A DNA stretch of 64,000 nt from Octopus sinensis (lineage: Eukaryota), in contig NC_043012.1 in assembly GCF_006345805.1 (NCBI RefSeq), forward strand, positions 28,830,001 through 28,894,000. The letters run 5' to 3'. Shown piece by piece: positions 27,521 to 41,573 of this stretch (positions are counted from its first letter, which is position 1; every line of letters begins with the position of its first letter). Below the pieces are notes generated by a model. That model did not search any database and was not told where the DNA came from. It saw only the letters and a program-made list of their open reading frames with translations. The position numbers and the translations under genes were made by a program.

Positions 27521-28130
27521 GGTGGACGCGTCTGAAAGGATTGGAGACAAACACTTTCCTCTCTGGTCAATCTCTCACCAACTTCTTCAAGTACCACTTG
27601 AAAAAGAAAGTGAGAGTAGAGAGGCAAGTTTTGTCTAGCGAATGTTTTAAAAAAAGATGGGTAAATGTAGCAAGGATGGCACGTATGAATGACGAAGCCA
27701 CCTTGAGCATAATCCTATGAACCCAGAAATTGAAAACAGAGGGTTACCCACTTGCAAACAAATGTGGTAACATATAACAATATTGACCAAGGTTACCGTG
27801 GTCTTTTTCGTAGGCTTTTCTTCCCACGGATAAACCTTACTTGCTTTCCCCTTTACAACATACATCATAACACTGTGATACACGATCCCTATTGATCGTT
27901 TTTTTTCCTCTTCCCCTTTTTTCCCCTTTGTTCTTCTTTTTTTTCATTTCTCTTTTCTTTTGTTCCTTTTCCTTTTTTTATTTTTTAATTTTTTTATTTT
28001 ATTTTTTGTTCTTTTTTCCCTTTTACGATCCCTTTTGATAGAAAACCTACGCCACCTGTTTTTTCTTTTGTTTTTTGTTTTTTTCATCCCTCAAAAGAAA
28101 AGCTCTACCTTGTAATTTGTCCCTTCTGTG
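27521..28130 (+). mobile_element. Short Tx1-like LINE piece (last about 65 codons plus 3'UTR lacking final about 30 nt)
   Basis: Matches 31446-31995 and the reverse complement of 50270-50850. Confidence 0.9.
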
Positions 28131-31100
28131 GAAGCAAAAACTTTCGACACAAGTAAGTAACTCTCTGTACTTTCATTTGTGTGTTTTACAGCACACACCC
28201 CAATAGAATCATGGTCAAGATTGGTTGTGTGAATGCGCGTGGCTTGGGGTCTCCTTGGAAACAAGGATACCTCCTAAATGACATCAAGTCACATGATCTG
28301 GGAATCATAGCCATAAGTGAGACCAAACTCCACGAGCCACGGGCGCTAAAGTCCATGTTTGGCGGACAGTTTAACATTTATTTCGCTCCCTGTCTGCCGA
28401 GGATGGGCGGTAGTGGCACCGCGGTACTTTTTCACAAGAGCCTGGATCTCGAAGTCAAGACGATATTCGTAGACCCGGAGGGTAGACTGATCGTTCTGGA
28501 TGTTGACGACAGCAATGGGTGCGCTTTTCGACTCGTATCAGTCTACGCACCGCCCTTAACAGGTCGGAAGGATTTCTTTCGACGTCTAGAAGTATTCTTG
28601 GGAACGTCTCGTCCTTTACTCTTAGTGGGGGATTGGAATGCTACCTTGGACACGCATGTAGACTACGTGGGTAGAGACAGAAACAGAAGGGGATGCAAAT
28701 GCCTCAGAGACCTGCTCAGACGATTCCAACTGTCTGACAGGTACCGACTCGACCACCCAAATGCACCAACGTGGACATGGAGCAACCGCAGTGGGTCGTC
28801 GAGATCGTATCTAGATAGGATACTGTGTAGGACAGTAGACAAGGATAACTTAGGATGTCCACAATTCCACACAGTCAGCTACACGGATCACAAATTGGTG
28901 ACGTGTACGCTAGACTTAGATAAGGCACATAGACAGGGTCCTGGGTACTGGAAACTGAACGCATCATTCCCGTCCAGACAAGTTTTCAGAGACCGGATTA
29001 GCACACTAGTAAAGAGGGCTTTGACGGGAGCCATCATCAACAACAAATGGTGGTTTGCCCTCAAGAGAGCAGTAAAAGCAGAAGCGATTAGGTACAGCAA
29101 AGCACTAGCCATAGATAGAAATAGAGTAGAGGGTGAGCTAGTTAAGAAGCTAGAAGAGGCAATTAGAAGCGGCATCGCATCCGACGTTTTGGCGGCGAGG
29201 TTGGCTCTCGACCAACACTTCAACGCCAAACACGAAGGATGTGCTGTCAGAGCTAGGATGCGTGCTCTAAGGAACGAAGGTGTTGGAGCCGCGAGAGAGG
29301 CCCGGGTGGCAGAGGCGCAACAGGGCAACAAAGCCACCATTCGGTCACTGGTAGATGAACAGGGGCGCGAATTGCTCGAGCCAAGTAAAATGTGTGAGGC
29401 CTTTCAGCAGCATTTTGCCCGACTGTTCGGGACGAGTGGAGGGCAAGAACGTAGGGTAGACTTCAGTGCCTACCTACATAGCCTGCCACGACTCTCGACA
29501 AGAAAGGCAGGGTGCTGCGAAGGTGCCATCACGGCGGCGGAAGTGCGGGAAGCGATGGCAGAATGCTCGAGGGACAAATCACCGGGTTTGGATGGTCTAC
29601 CCTACGAATTTTACTATTGTATGCCAGACTTGTTTGGAGACGTCTTGGCAGCGGTATACTGCAACTGGCAGCAAAACGGGAGCATACCCGGTTTTGTGAG
29701 TCGAGGAGCTGTAACTCTGCTGAAGAAAGATCCAAACAAGGGAAACATTATAGATAACTTTAGGCCAATCACTCTGCTCAATGCAGACCTGAAAATTTTG
29801 ACAAAGGTGTTAGCCAAGAGGTTGGCGCTTGTCATGGAGAAACTGGTCGACAACGCACAAACGTGCGCCGTGCTGGGCCGAAGCATCCATGACAACCTCC
29901 ATCTGATGCGCTACATCATAGACAGGGTAGTTAACGAACCTGGCATGGGTGGGGCCCTGATCAACTTGGATCAATCGAAAGCCTTTGATAGGGTAGACCA
30001 TCGATACTTGGAGGCAGTCCTGAGAGCGGCTGGTTTCGGTCCCGTCTTCCGCGGCTGGATAGTTGCCTTGTACAGGAGCATCCGTTCGGTAATTCGCGTA
30101 AATGGACATCTATCGAGACCCTTCGACATTGCACGTTCGGTCCGTCAGGGATGCCCCCTCTCGGCGCTTCTATACGTATTGACTTTTGAGCCACTACTGC
30201 GGAAGCTGGCGACTCTGAGGGGCATCCCGCGAGAATTGGGATGAGGGACGAGCGTGTCTGCATACGCGGACGACGTCACCGTCATAGTATCAAGCCACGA
30301 GCACATCGAGCTGATCGGCGAGACACTGAAAGACTACGAAGCGGTGACAGGAGCAAAAATCAACCGGGAAAAGTCAGTGGGCTTGCGGCTCGGCACCTGG
30401 AGACGCAAGCCCATGCCGTCCACCAGTACCTCCGTCGTGGGACGCTGGACGGACGGCTCAGTTGTGTTGCTCGGGGTCTGGTTCGGTCCAGACCTCCAAA
30501 TGGAGAACTGGAACGAGATAACGAGAAGGGTGGTCACTCTCGCCCGGCAATGGGCCGAGAGGAAACTGTCCCTAAAAGGTCGGGCGGAGGTGGCGAACAC
30601 GTACATCGCGTCCGTCATCTTCTACCGCCAGACCGTCGTACCTTGTCCCGACCCTACCATCACCAAACTAGAACGCATTCTCTTCCGCTTCTTGTGGAAA
30701 GGATGCGTCCCGATGGTCAGGCGATCCATTTGCTGTCAACACCCGTTAAAAGGAGGGATGGGCATGCGTGGTTGATGATGCGCAGACACGCGCTGAGACT
30801 GCGACATCTCCGGCTCTATGTAGACGACGGTGAACAGGTGTGGTCGCCGTTTGTGAGGCACGCGTTCCCACAGCTCGTCTCCATGACCGAACTGCAGGCG
30901 TGGATCAAAAAGAGGCCGAGGAAGGGCGAATGGCACCGCGAGTGTCGCGTTGCTCTCAAGCAACTCTGCCGTCCTGGGTCGACCTTCAGTGACCTCAACA
31001 CAACCAAAGCATTCTATAAGGGATTAGTGGAGGGGAGGTACGACGACGATCTTGGGGCAAACCTGGGCGTCAACGAGGAATACCTCACCCGCCTGTTTGA

Positions 31101-32023
31101 AACGACTTTCGGGCCGGGACCTATGGACAACTTCCAGAGATCCCTGGCCTGGCGGTGCTACCGAGAAGCGCTACCCGTTCGGGATAAGCTCTATAGGCAT
31201 GGCTCGAGAAATACGGAGCCGACCTGCCCGAGATGTGGTCAGAGCGACGAAACCGCTCTGCACGCAATCGTGCAGTGTCCAGCAATTTCTGATCTGTGGG
31301 CTTAAGTCGAACGACTGCTGTCACGTGTGGGACGTGTCGGTTTATCAGCCTAGTCTATCGTTAATATCGTCACGCCTCCTTCCTTCAAACGGGAAGGAAG
31401 AGCTATTTTTATCATACTTGTGGCTATGGCAAAAGAATGTATCTGGTGGACACGCCTGAAAGGATTAGAGACTAACACTTTCCTCTCTGGTCAATCTCTT
31501 CTTCAAGTATCACTTGAAGTATCACTTGAAGAGGAAAGTGAGAGTAGAGAGGCAAGTTTTGTCAAGTGAATGTTTTAAAAAAAGATGGGTGAATGTAGCA
31601 AGGATGGCACGTATGAATGACGAAGCTACCTTGACTATGATTCTATAAACCGTAAAATTTAATACAGAGAGTTGCTTATTTGCAAAAAAAAAGAAATATA
31701 ACATGTGACTTCATTGACCGAGGTTACCGTGGTCTTTTCCGTAAGCTTTTCTTTCCACGGGTAAACCTCACCTGTCCTCCCCTTTACACTTCGTATTGAC
31801 ATTTCTGTGATAACGATCCCTATTGATCAATTTTTTTCCTTTCCCTTCCCCCCCTTTTTTTTTCTTTTTTTAAAAATTTTTTTCCCCCCTTTTTTGTCCT
31901 CTTTCTTTCCCTTTACGATCCCTTTTGATCGAAAACCAAACCCCCTTTTTTACCCCCAAAAGAAAAGCTCTACCTTGTAATTTGTCCTGTCTGTGTGCAG
32001 CCCTGTGTGGCTAATAAAGAAAC
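28131..32023 (+). mobile_element. Tx1/L1-clade LINE: inter-ORF region, whole ORF2 and 3'UTR
   Basis: Ends gcagccctgtgtggctaataaagaaac directly followed by (TATC)n. Confidence 0.95.
28211..31648 (+). pseudogene. ORF2: AP endonuclease, reverse transcriptase and zinc knuckle, disrupted
   Basis: APE motifs (NARGL, SETK, GDWN, YLDRI, TDH), RT motifs (NFRPITLLN, LDQSKAFDRV, RQGCPLS, YADD), CPRC..HAIVQC; stops at about 30242, 31303, 31350 and a frameshift near 30770. Confidence 0.95.
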
Positions 32024-32024
32024 A

Positions 32025-32066
<42 letters not shown>

Positions 32067-32075
32067 GCTATCTAC
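32024..32075. repeat. (TATC)n microsatellite, right flank of Tx1-like locus
   Basis: Direct tandem repeat. Confidence 0.95.
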
Positions 32076-32231
32076 CTCTGTCAATGGCTTAACTGTCCGA
32101 AACTTCGAAGTCACTGTCAACAATATTCTTTTCTAAGAATAATAAATTTGTACACTACAAAAGTATAGAGTAACACATCGGATTAATGTAAAATTGTTTT
32201 AACTATACCTGAGTATAGAAACAAACACACG

Positions 32232-32264
<33 letters not shown>

Positions 32265-32686
32265 CACACACACACTCACACACACACACGCACACACACA
32301 CACACGGTAAAATAAAACAAATCATCTAAAGGAAAGTACTGAAATGGTCATATGGCATTATATTTGGATGAAAAAATGTAAAGGTTGATCTGCTGAATCC
32401 CGTACGCTAAAGAATTCTTAACTAAATAAATTCCTCTCTTATTTAGAGAGAACCCCCCCCCCAACAATTATACTTACATACAAACATATCGAATCAAAGT
32501 GATGTGCGTGCGTAAGTATCTTTGTACAAGTTGTACGTGTACGACGATGTGTATGAGTATATATCTTTATCAATATCTATTTGGGCATGCGAATATATAT
32601 GTGTATGGTGTATGAAGTGCGCGCGTGCGTGTTTGCATATATCTATTTCAAAAGTCACCACCACAATCGTTTCCCTCTCCTGACTT

Positions 32687-32721
<35 letters not shown>

Positions 32722-33863
32722 GCACACACACACAAACACTATTATGCAAGTATATAATATATTAGCACTCTCTCAAGCCAAGCCTTGACAATGGAGTGTG
32801 CGTTAAGCTTATGTGTGATGAGTAGTAGGGAAAAGGACTGCCGGGCTACCATGGTTACGCGCACTAGGATTAAATTGTTGTGCGAGAATAAATCTTTGTA
32901 TGTGTACGTTTGTGTGAGCATGCGTGTGTTTATGTGTATATATATTCTCTCTCTCTCTCTAAATATATATATATATATACACTTATGTATGCATATGCAT
33001 ATACATATATATGCATGTACATATATATATATATATACATACATATATATATATATTATGTATATTATGATATGATTGAACGCGACGCATCCATTTCAAA
33101 ATAAGTCTATCTCAATAATTTTGATACGACTCCCTGTACTGTTCTCTCTCCCCTTCGTTTCCTCTCTCTCCTTTTCTCTAATTCTTTTCCTCTTCCCTTC
33201 ACCGTTCTCTATCTGTCCCTCTCTCTTTCCCACTCTTCCTTCTTTACTCTCTTGTTGCTCACACGCGACCATCGGCCATCTCTTCCCAACTTGAGCTTCT
33301 TTTTTTCCTTTTGAACTGCCACACAGTTCACACACGTTCTTATCTGTCTCCTCTCCTATCTTTTCTCCTGCCAAAGCTTGATCCTCCAGCGTTCGCCACC
33401 TCACCACGTTATGACTTAGCAGCCCTCACTGTTTGTTTTCACTGCCCTGTTTTTGTTACCAACTTTGACCCTCCACAAATCCCAAATTGTTTTCTCGTAG
33501 ACACATCATGTCGTAGTTGCTCGAAATGTGGATTGGATAAACAACCGACAACTGATGAAGGGTCGTTCTTTATGGTATTTGTCGTTTTCCACTTGTTTCT
33601 TCGGTTGTTCGCAAAAAAGTTCGTATTCCGTGTTTTTGTATTTCATGTTGTTTACGGTTTATGACGCCCTGTACCCATACATGCATATGTATACACATAG
33701 ATAGGTATGTAGATATATGTATGTATATACGCACATATATATTATACACACACATACATATATATAATATATTGTGAATTTTGATTTAGTGTGCTAAATT
33801 GAAATTTTTTCCATGTTTACTTGGAATTATTACATTCCCTAACTATTAATAATAATAATAATA

Positions 33864-33913
<50 letters not shown>

Positions 33914-34084
33914 TATATATTGACAATGCTAAAAATTGGGATCTCTCCGAAGTAGCATCAACTTTAATATACTGCATTTTAAGACCAATACATGTTCATT
34001 GTTGAATAACTTTTTAAATAACTAACTGAAAGCAAACTGTAATCGTTTTGGGGTAATCCATTGCTTTTTACTAGTATATATCCG

Positions 34085-34427
34085 GTGCTATTCTTTCTGA
34101 TTGTCTCTCAAGGCTTTCCCAAGGTGCCACGTGATGGGACTGAACTTGGAACCATGCAATTATAAAACTGCAGATATGGTGGGGCACCGCCATGAAGAAC
34201 TTTTAGTCGAATGAGTCTCCGGTGTGTGCCGATCCGCTAAGTAAACAAACCAACAACGGTTGTCACGCTGTGGTGGCTCGAACAATCCCCCACACACACA
34301 AACTTATATATACGACGGGCTTCTTTCAGTTTCCGTCAATCAAGTCCAATCACAAGGCTTTGGTCGGTCCCAGGCTATAGTAGAAGACACTTACCTTAGT
34401 TGCCACGTAGTGAGACAGAACCCGGAA

Positions 34428-34430
<3 letters not shown>
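34085..34430 (-). mobile_element. SINE family A fragments
   Basis: aaggtgccacg, caaggctttggtcggtcccaggctatagtagaagacactt match the reverse of 980-1050. Confidence 0.7.
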
Positions 34431-34465
<35 letters not shown>

Positions 34466-34577
34466 TACATGTATGTATGTATGTATATATATATATATAC
34501 ATGCATACATAGATGTATATATATGTGTGTGTGTATATATATGTATATGTATATATATATATATGTGTGTGTATATG

Positions 34578-34636
<59 letters not shown>

Positions 34637-34689
34637 ATGTATATGGTACATATATTGAAAGCAAAGCAAAATATGAGAGATTGTCAGAT

Positions 34690-35590
34690 ATTTAGTTACA
34701 ATGTCTTGCGTAAGTTTCATTACCATACAGCGATTTTTAGTTACATAGTGCAAATTGCATAAGCATCTAAGAAACAACCATGTAAAGTCTTATATACATT
34801 CTAATATAATAAAACTACATACGCTAACAGTGGCAATTAAACTCTAGCTCAAAATGGTCAAATGAATAAAGTTAGGTATAGCAAGAATTCAACTGATCTA
34901 AATCCTGCTGAATTCATTCCAAAACTCAGTCCAAAACTCACACAAAAGTAACAGTAGAATAGCAGCTAAGTCTCATTTCCATTGTTTCATATTAAATATA
35001 TCAATGTACAAATATAATGTAATTTCGCTGGGTAACAATATTACATCGGTCTAGTATCAAATACATTTAAGAACCACTATACCATGCATCGACATACCTT
35101 TAATTACGGAAAAGTACTTTACGCAACTTCAATAATAGAATGTATATGAGGGTCTAAACTTAAAGACATCGGTTATTGAAGTATTCAAAATGTAAGGCAT
35201 GAAGGTGAAAACAAAACCAGTATTATATGGAGCAATGAGCATGATTAAAAAATATATGACCTTAAAAGTAGATATACCTCGACGCTGAACACTACACTAT
35301 ACGCTATCCAAAAATTAGCCCTACTGGGAAGATCCTACGCAAGACACTATCAATTCAATAATACAACCCAAACAAAGTAATCCACAAACAATCCACAAAG
35401 ACAAGACACACACTAAATAGCAAATATCCAATAAAATAAACAACCACCAACGTCTGGATACCCAATAAAAGATCAGAACTCGCATTACACACACATCACT
35501 CAATACAAATACTAATACAACAAAACACTGCAATCAGACCCCATAACAAAGCATACTGACGCAATACAATACCGGGAAGAGTTGCACACT
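34690..35590 (+). mobile_element. Decayed R4/Dong-clade 3' end (restriction-like endonuclease region plus 3'UTR)
   Basis: KSYIHSNI (cf. GTYIHWKL at 39100) and MKVKTKPVLYGAMSMIKK...IQKLALLG..LRKTLSI, the typical RLE C-terminus. Confidence 0.55.
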
Positions 35591-35856
35591 GAAAGGTAAA
35601 ATCGACCTCGGCGGAATTTGAACTCAGAACGCAAGCAATTCGGTCAGGATGCTAAAGGGCACAAGGCCAGCAATTTCGGGTCAGAGGCTAAGTCAATTAC
35701 ATCGACCCCAGTGCTTAGCTGATACTTATTATCGACCCGGAAGAGATGAAAGGCAAAGTCGATCTCAGCTGAATTTGAACTCAGAACGTAAAGACGAACA
35801 AAATGGCGCAAAGCATTTCGCTCGGCGTACTAATGATTCTGCCAGCTCATCATCTT
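35590..35856 (-). mobile_element. SINE family B, two nested heads
   Basis: Two gaatttgaactcagaacg segments. Confidence 0.75.
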
Positions 35857-35869
35857 AATGATAATAAAA

Positions 35870-36312
35870 ATGAAATCGACCGCTCTCAAAAGTTAAGTAA
35901 AGAAAAAACGGAAAAATAATCCGGAATCCTTGTCTGGTACCTGATCGATCCCAATGGTAGTTATGGAATGTGAAGGTGGTGGTAGAAAATTTAATAACAG
36001 TAATAAATAGTTTCTCCTTATAGTTCAAAATAGTTACAGCATAAAGGGAGATAATTGAGAAAGACTTGAAGGTTAACTTAAGATCGTAATCATGTAAAGT
36101 AAAGAAAATATGACAATAATCCAGAATCTATGTCTGGTACTGGATCAATCCCAAAATCTAATCAGTTCGTGCCAGTCACGGGGCCAAACATTCCTGAAAG
36201 TTTCATCCGAATCCATCCAGCAGTTCTTGAGATATCTTGTCCACGGACGAACAAACAAAGAGACAAATGCGACTGGAAACAATACCTCTGCCCTCACTAA
36301 GGCGGAAGTAAT
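35870..36312 (+). mobile_element. Possible DINE-1/HINE-like (Helentron-associated) element
   Basis: Internal duplication of ataatcc.gaatc..tgtctggtac; short GACA/AACA-like run then 3' hairpin tacctctgcc / ggcggaagta. Confidence 0.35.
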
Positions 36313-36404
36313 AATAATAATAAACAGGGTGCTGTCCGCTCTCTCAAAATCAACCAAAGCAAACAAGACCGAGCGCTCTCACAAGTAAAAGAACAACTAC
36401 AACA

Positions 36405-37058
<654 letters not shown>

Positions 37059-37059
37059 A

Positions 37060-37407
37060 ATCATGAATTCGTGAAGAATCACCCTCATTTTAGACCATAG
37101 ACAAGGATATACCACCTCACCAGACGTCAATATCGCCTGTGGTATCTTTCAAGGTGACTCATTATCACCATTACTATTCTGCCTCGCTCTGTTCTCAACA
37201 TCCACGCAACTGAATAATGCTAAGAGAGGATATAAAATCTTTGGCCAGAAAATTAATCATCTACTCTATATGGATGATCTAAAACTGTTTACTCAAAACG
37301 ACAAAGAATTAGAAGAGCTCTTGAATATTTTCAAAGAATTCAGCTCTGATATAGGTATGGAATTCGGACTTGATTAATGTGCAAAGGCTACTTTCAAGGC
37401 AAGGATA
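37060..37407 (+). mobile_element. R4/Dong-clade RT fragment (first of a tandem pair)
   Basis: GIFQGDSLSPLLFCLAL and INHLLYMDDLKL. Confidence 0.85.
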
Positions 37408-39236
37408 TTACCACAGCTATTCAAAACCTAGACCTGTTTCCAGAAGAGCAGAAAGGATGCCACAAAGGCTCATATGGCTGTAATGATTAATAAAGATATG
37501 GCTGTAATGATTAATAAAGCCATAACTGAAGACAGCCACAGAAAGAAGAAAGGCCTCAGTATGGCCTGGATCGACTACAAAAAGGCGTTTGATAGCACCC
37601 CCCAGACATGGATCCTCGAAACACTAGCCATTAACAAAGTAGCACCAACAATTATAAAATTCATAGGACACTCTATGAATAAATGGCAAACAGTACTACA
37701 GCTCCAAACAAAAGAGGGACTCATGAAAACCAAAGCCATCCCCATTAGAAGAGGAATATTCCAGGGAGATACGCTCTCACCACTCCTTTTCTGCTTGGCA
37801 CTGTCACCTCTATCGGATATGCTAAACTGAACTGGATGCGGATATAAATGTTACGGCAAAACGATCAGCCACCTTTTATATATGGATGACCTAAAACTAT
37901 ACGCTAAAAATGACAAATAGCTGGAAACACTACTAAAGACAGTTCATGGATTTACCAAAGAAATAGATATGAAATTTGGATTAGAGAAATGTGCCAAAGT
38001 AACCCTGAAAAGAGGAAAACTAGTTAAGAGTAACAACATCACACTAGATAAAACCAATGAAATAAAAGAATTAGACCAAAGCCAAACTTACAAATACTTA
38101 GGAATCCATGAACTAGATAACACAACACACACAAATGAAAGAGAAAATAAAAAAAGAATATTATAGACGAGTTAGATCAATACTGAAAACAGAGCTCAAT
38201 GCTGAAAACAAGATAATAGGTATTAACACTTTAGCTGTCCCAGTTATAAGTTACAGCTACAATATCCTTAACTGGACACTAAATGAACTGACCAAAATAG
38301 ATAGGAAAACAAGAAAAATAATGACAGGATCTAGGATGCATTACCCAAAATCTGACATAAAAAGGCTATATATACAACGTATAGAAGGTGGTAGAGGCCT
38401 TATACAGCTGGAAAACTACTATAAAATAACTACCATAGGACTGCAAAAATATCTACCTCAGAAGGAAGGAAGACTGATACAAATAGCGGCAAAACACGAG
38501 CAAAACAAAAAACTGTTCTCAGTATTTAAGGAAGCTGACAAATACAAACAAGAAACCATACCACCTAACAAATATGAAGAAGAAGAAGAAGAAGGAAGAA
38601 GAAGAAGAAGAAGAGAAGAAGAAGAAGAAGAAAGAAGAAGAAGAAGAAGAAGAGAAGAAGAAGAGAAGAAGAGAAGAGAAGAAGAAAGAAGAAGAAGAAG
38701 AGAAGAAGAAGAAGAAGAAGAAGAAGAAGAGAAACAACAAAAGCTATAAAACAAATGAAATCCAAACTAAAAATAGAACAGCAACGAACCATGATAAAAC
38801 GATGGCAAGAAAAGCCCCTTCATGGTAAATACTGGACTAAACTAAATGCAAAAGAAATAGACAAAGAAAAATCCCAACAATGGTTGAGAAGCTCAGGACT
38901 CAAAGTAGAGACAGAAGGATTTTTTATTGCAGCACAAGACCAAAGCCTCTCCACCAGAAATTACCAAAAACATGTAATGAAAATAAATATAACAAGTAAC
39001 TGCAGAATATGTGGAGATGGACAAGAAACAATAAATCATATTATCTCTGGTTGCCCAGTCCTGGCTAAGAAAGAATTTATTCACAGACACGACAGAGTTG
39101 GGACCTACATACACTGGAAACTATGCCAACATTATGGAATAACAACAGAAAAAAGATGGTATAGGCACACACCAGAAAAGGTCACAGAAAACGAGAAAGC
39201 AACCATACTCTGGGATATGCCAATACACACAGACAC
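37408..39236 (+). mobile_element. R4/Dong-clade non-LTR element: RT, CCHC finger and start of RLE, truncated at both ends
   Basis: AWIDYKKAFDS, GIFQGDTLSP, YMDDLK, GGRGL, CRICG..ETINHIISGC, RHDRVG; stops and frameshifts; internal (GAA)n expansion. Confidence 0.92.
38576..38733. repeat. (GAA)n expansion inside R4/Dong ORF
   Basis: Imperfect GAA array within coding remnant. Confidence 0.9.
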
Positions 39237-40559
39237 GCACTGGTTTTTGACTCCAGACTTCTCAGGATTGGTACCGGAGTTGTTCTTTACGTAGCCAAGT
39301 GCTCCAATTATTCATAGAAATCAAAAATTATTGTTCGGATTGTTAATTTGACAAACATTTTGCTGACATCTGATGAGGAACGATTTTCCCTAATTTGCGT
39401 AGTTTCTTTTGCTCTGATCATTAAGTCTAGTTTGATGTACTTGTATTTTTTAAGTATTAATTTGAGTTACGTGTCGTTGTGCCCGCCAAATCACTGTAGC
39501 TTCTTTTTGTATTCTTAGTCTTATTCTTTTTACGAATTACTTTATACAAAGTTCTAGTCATAACATGTTTCATAGGCTGGTAATACTGTGAGGATATTTT
39601 CGGGCTGTTACTTATGTTGTGACTAACACCGTTAATGTTGATCCAATAAAGCCTGCGTCAGTTGTATCTCGTTGCTTTATCAATATCCTTTTTTTGTATT
39701 AATATTTTATGTCTATTTTCTGATCCTATATTGCAAAAGCATATCCTTCAAGTAGAGCAAATATCCTGTTGTCAACCCAGGAAGGACTAGTTTAGGTGCC
39801 TATGGTACTGTTATCTTGACGCCTTCTGGGAATATAGTCATGCATGAACTTTTACTGGTTCATATGCGTTGTTGATTTACGTCAGCGTATATATGTATGC
39901 ATGCATGTATGTATGTATGTATGTATGCATATATGTATGTGTGTGAATAGTGATACCAAGGGAACTGAACCGCATATATGTACGCAACTGCGATTCTGAT
40001 GGCCTCTTACGACACAGTTGTGCAATTTCTCCAGGTGTGTATCCGTGGTCACTAGTTACGCATTGGGCGGTTAGTGTATGCTGTCAAGGTGATATGATGC
40101 AACATTCCAGAGCCGTTTGGATTGATGAGTGTCTGCCATATTATTTCCCCTTTAAGTAAAAGTTGTCTGATCACAGTTGATGTGGAATTTTCTGGTATGG
40201 GTTAACAATGTTAGATTTTGAACATCAGTAACCCGGGTCTCATCTAGCATCCAGTTGTGTATCCCTAATGCTAGTATGAGCTTTGGTACGGCAAGCTCAT
40301 TGTGGGCTGTTGATTTACGTCAGCGTATATGTGTATATATGCATGCATAAATGTATGAATGTATGTATGTATGCATACATCTATGTATGTATGCATGTAT
40401 GTATATAGGGAGAATTCACAAAAAAAAAATACGAAGACAGGTGATGTAGACAACAAGCAGATGTATTAGTATAACGCTCGGGAAGTGAGAAGGCTTTAAC
40501 GTTCCACAGAAAGGAACGCAGAAAGAAACAAGGAGAGAAAATAAAGAATGTGTAGTGGT

Positions 40560-41260
40560 TAGCAATGTATGTGTGTGAATAGGGGAGTTAAATCCCATAT
40601 TCATTGTGCCAAAGAAGGCCACGTTACCGATTCTAGCAAAACGTCTCTGAATGCAGCACGGCCGAATGTTAAAGGAATCGCTAGGCTTGAACCCACTACG
40701 TACCCCCTTGGCCAAGTCTCTTTTACCGTGAGCTGGAGTCTGTTCGAAATTCGTGAGTGAAACTGGATAGACATTTCATCGAACGGCCTGTCAATATCCA
40801 CCTAGTCATTATGTCACACTGATTATACCTGTGGGTTATGTTAAGAGAGCAACTAAACCATTTACATGCTAATTCAACTAAACCATTTACATGCTAATTC
40901 AATGAGTATAAATTCAAGTTGATCAAACATCTGTGTCTTTATCCTTGAAATCGTAGAAATCCATAACTTCCACGAAGCATAATACATATTTACGGAGGAT
41001 TTTTCTCATCCGAAATAGCTTTTAGCAATGATTATTTCGGCAAATTTGCCATAACTCATTAAGGTGGAAATATTTTTGTCAGTTTTACTGGTTATTTCTA
41101 GTTGTGTCGATGAGCATCTCACTAATTCCATTAAATCCTGTTGCCTTCTGTCAATATATTTCGCTTTCTGTTTTAGCCTTTAAATCGGATAACGAATTTA
41201 ATTTCTTAACAATTATCATTCTTTCACCTTTCATCTAATAGAGACAACTTTTATTGCTTC
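40560..41260 (-). mobile_element. Decayed LINE (RTE-like) RT fragment
   Basis: KATGFNGISEML (KAPGPDGI-like) and VDIDRPFDEM (VDLEKAFDRV-like) in order. Confidence 0.5.
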
Positions 41261-41274
41261 TTAAAGGCCCACAC

Positions 41275-41375
41275 CGCATCCGCTGCGCTACGCGTGGTCT
41301 CTGATTATTATTGGCCGATGTAATCGACTACCCACTCCCCGCCAAATTTCAGGCCTTGTGCCTATAATAGAAAGA

Positions 41376-41435
<60 letters not shown>
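41275..41435 (+). mobile_element. SINE family B 3' end plus (ATT)n tail
   Basis: aaatttcaggccttgtgcctataatagaaagaatt(att)n matches the reverse of 36656-36700. Confidence 0.7.
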
Positions 41436-41517
41436 TCCTTCTTTCTTTATGTTTGTTTTGTTCCTGTCCTTATTTTTGCCACTATGACAGCTACCACAAT
41501 TTAAATTATTATTATTA

Positions 41518-41573
<56 letters not shown>

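Noticed and set aside
28186-31324. Many overlapping antisense and alternate-frame ORFs
   Set aside because: Shadows of the GC-rich Tx1 ORF2; no independent motifs.
39240-39860. Possible minus-strand LINE linker remnant
   Set aside because: Only vague motif similarity; cannot be assigned.
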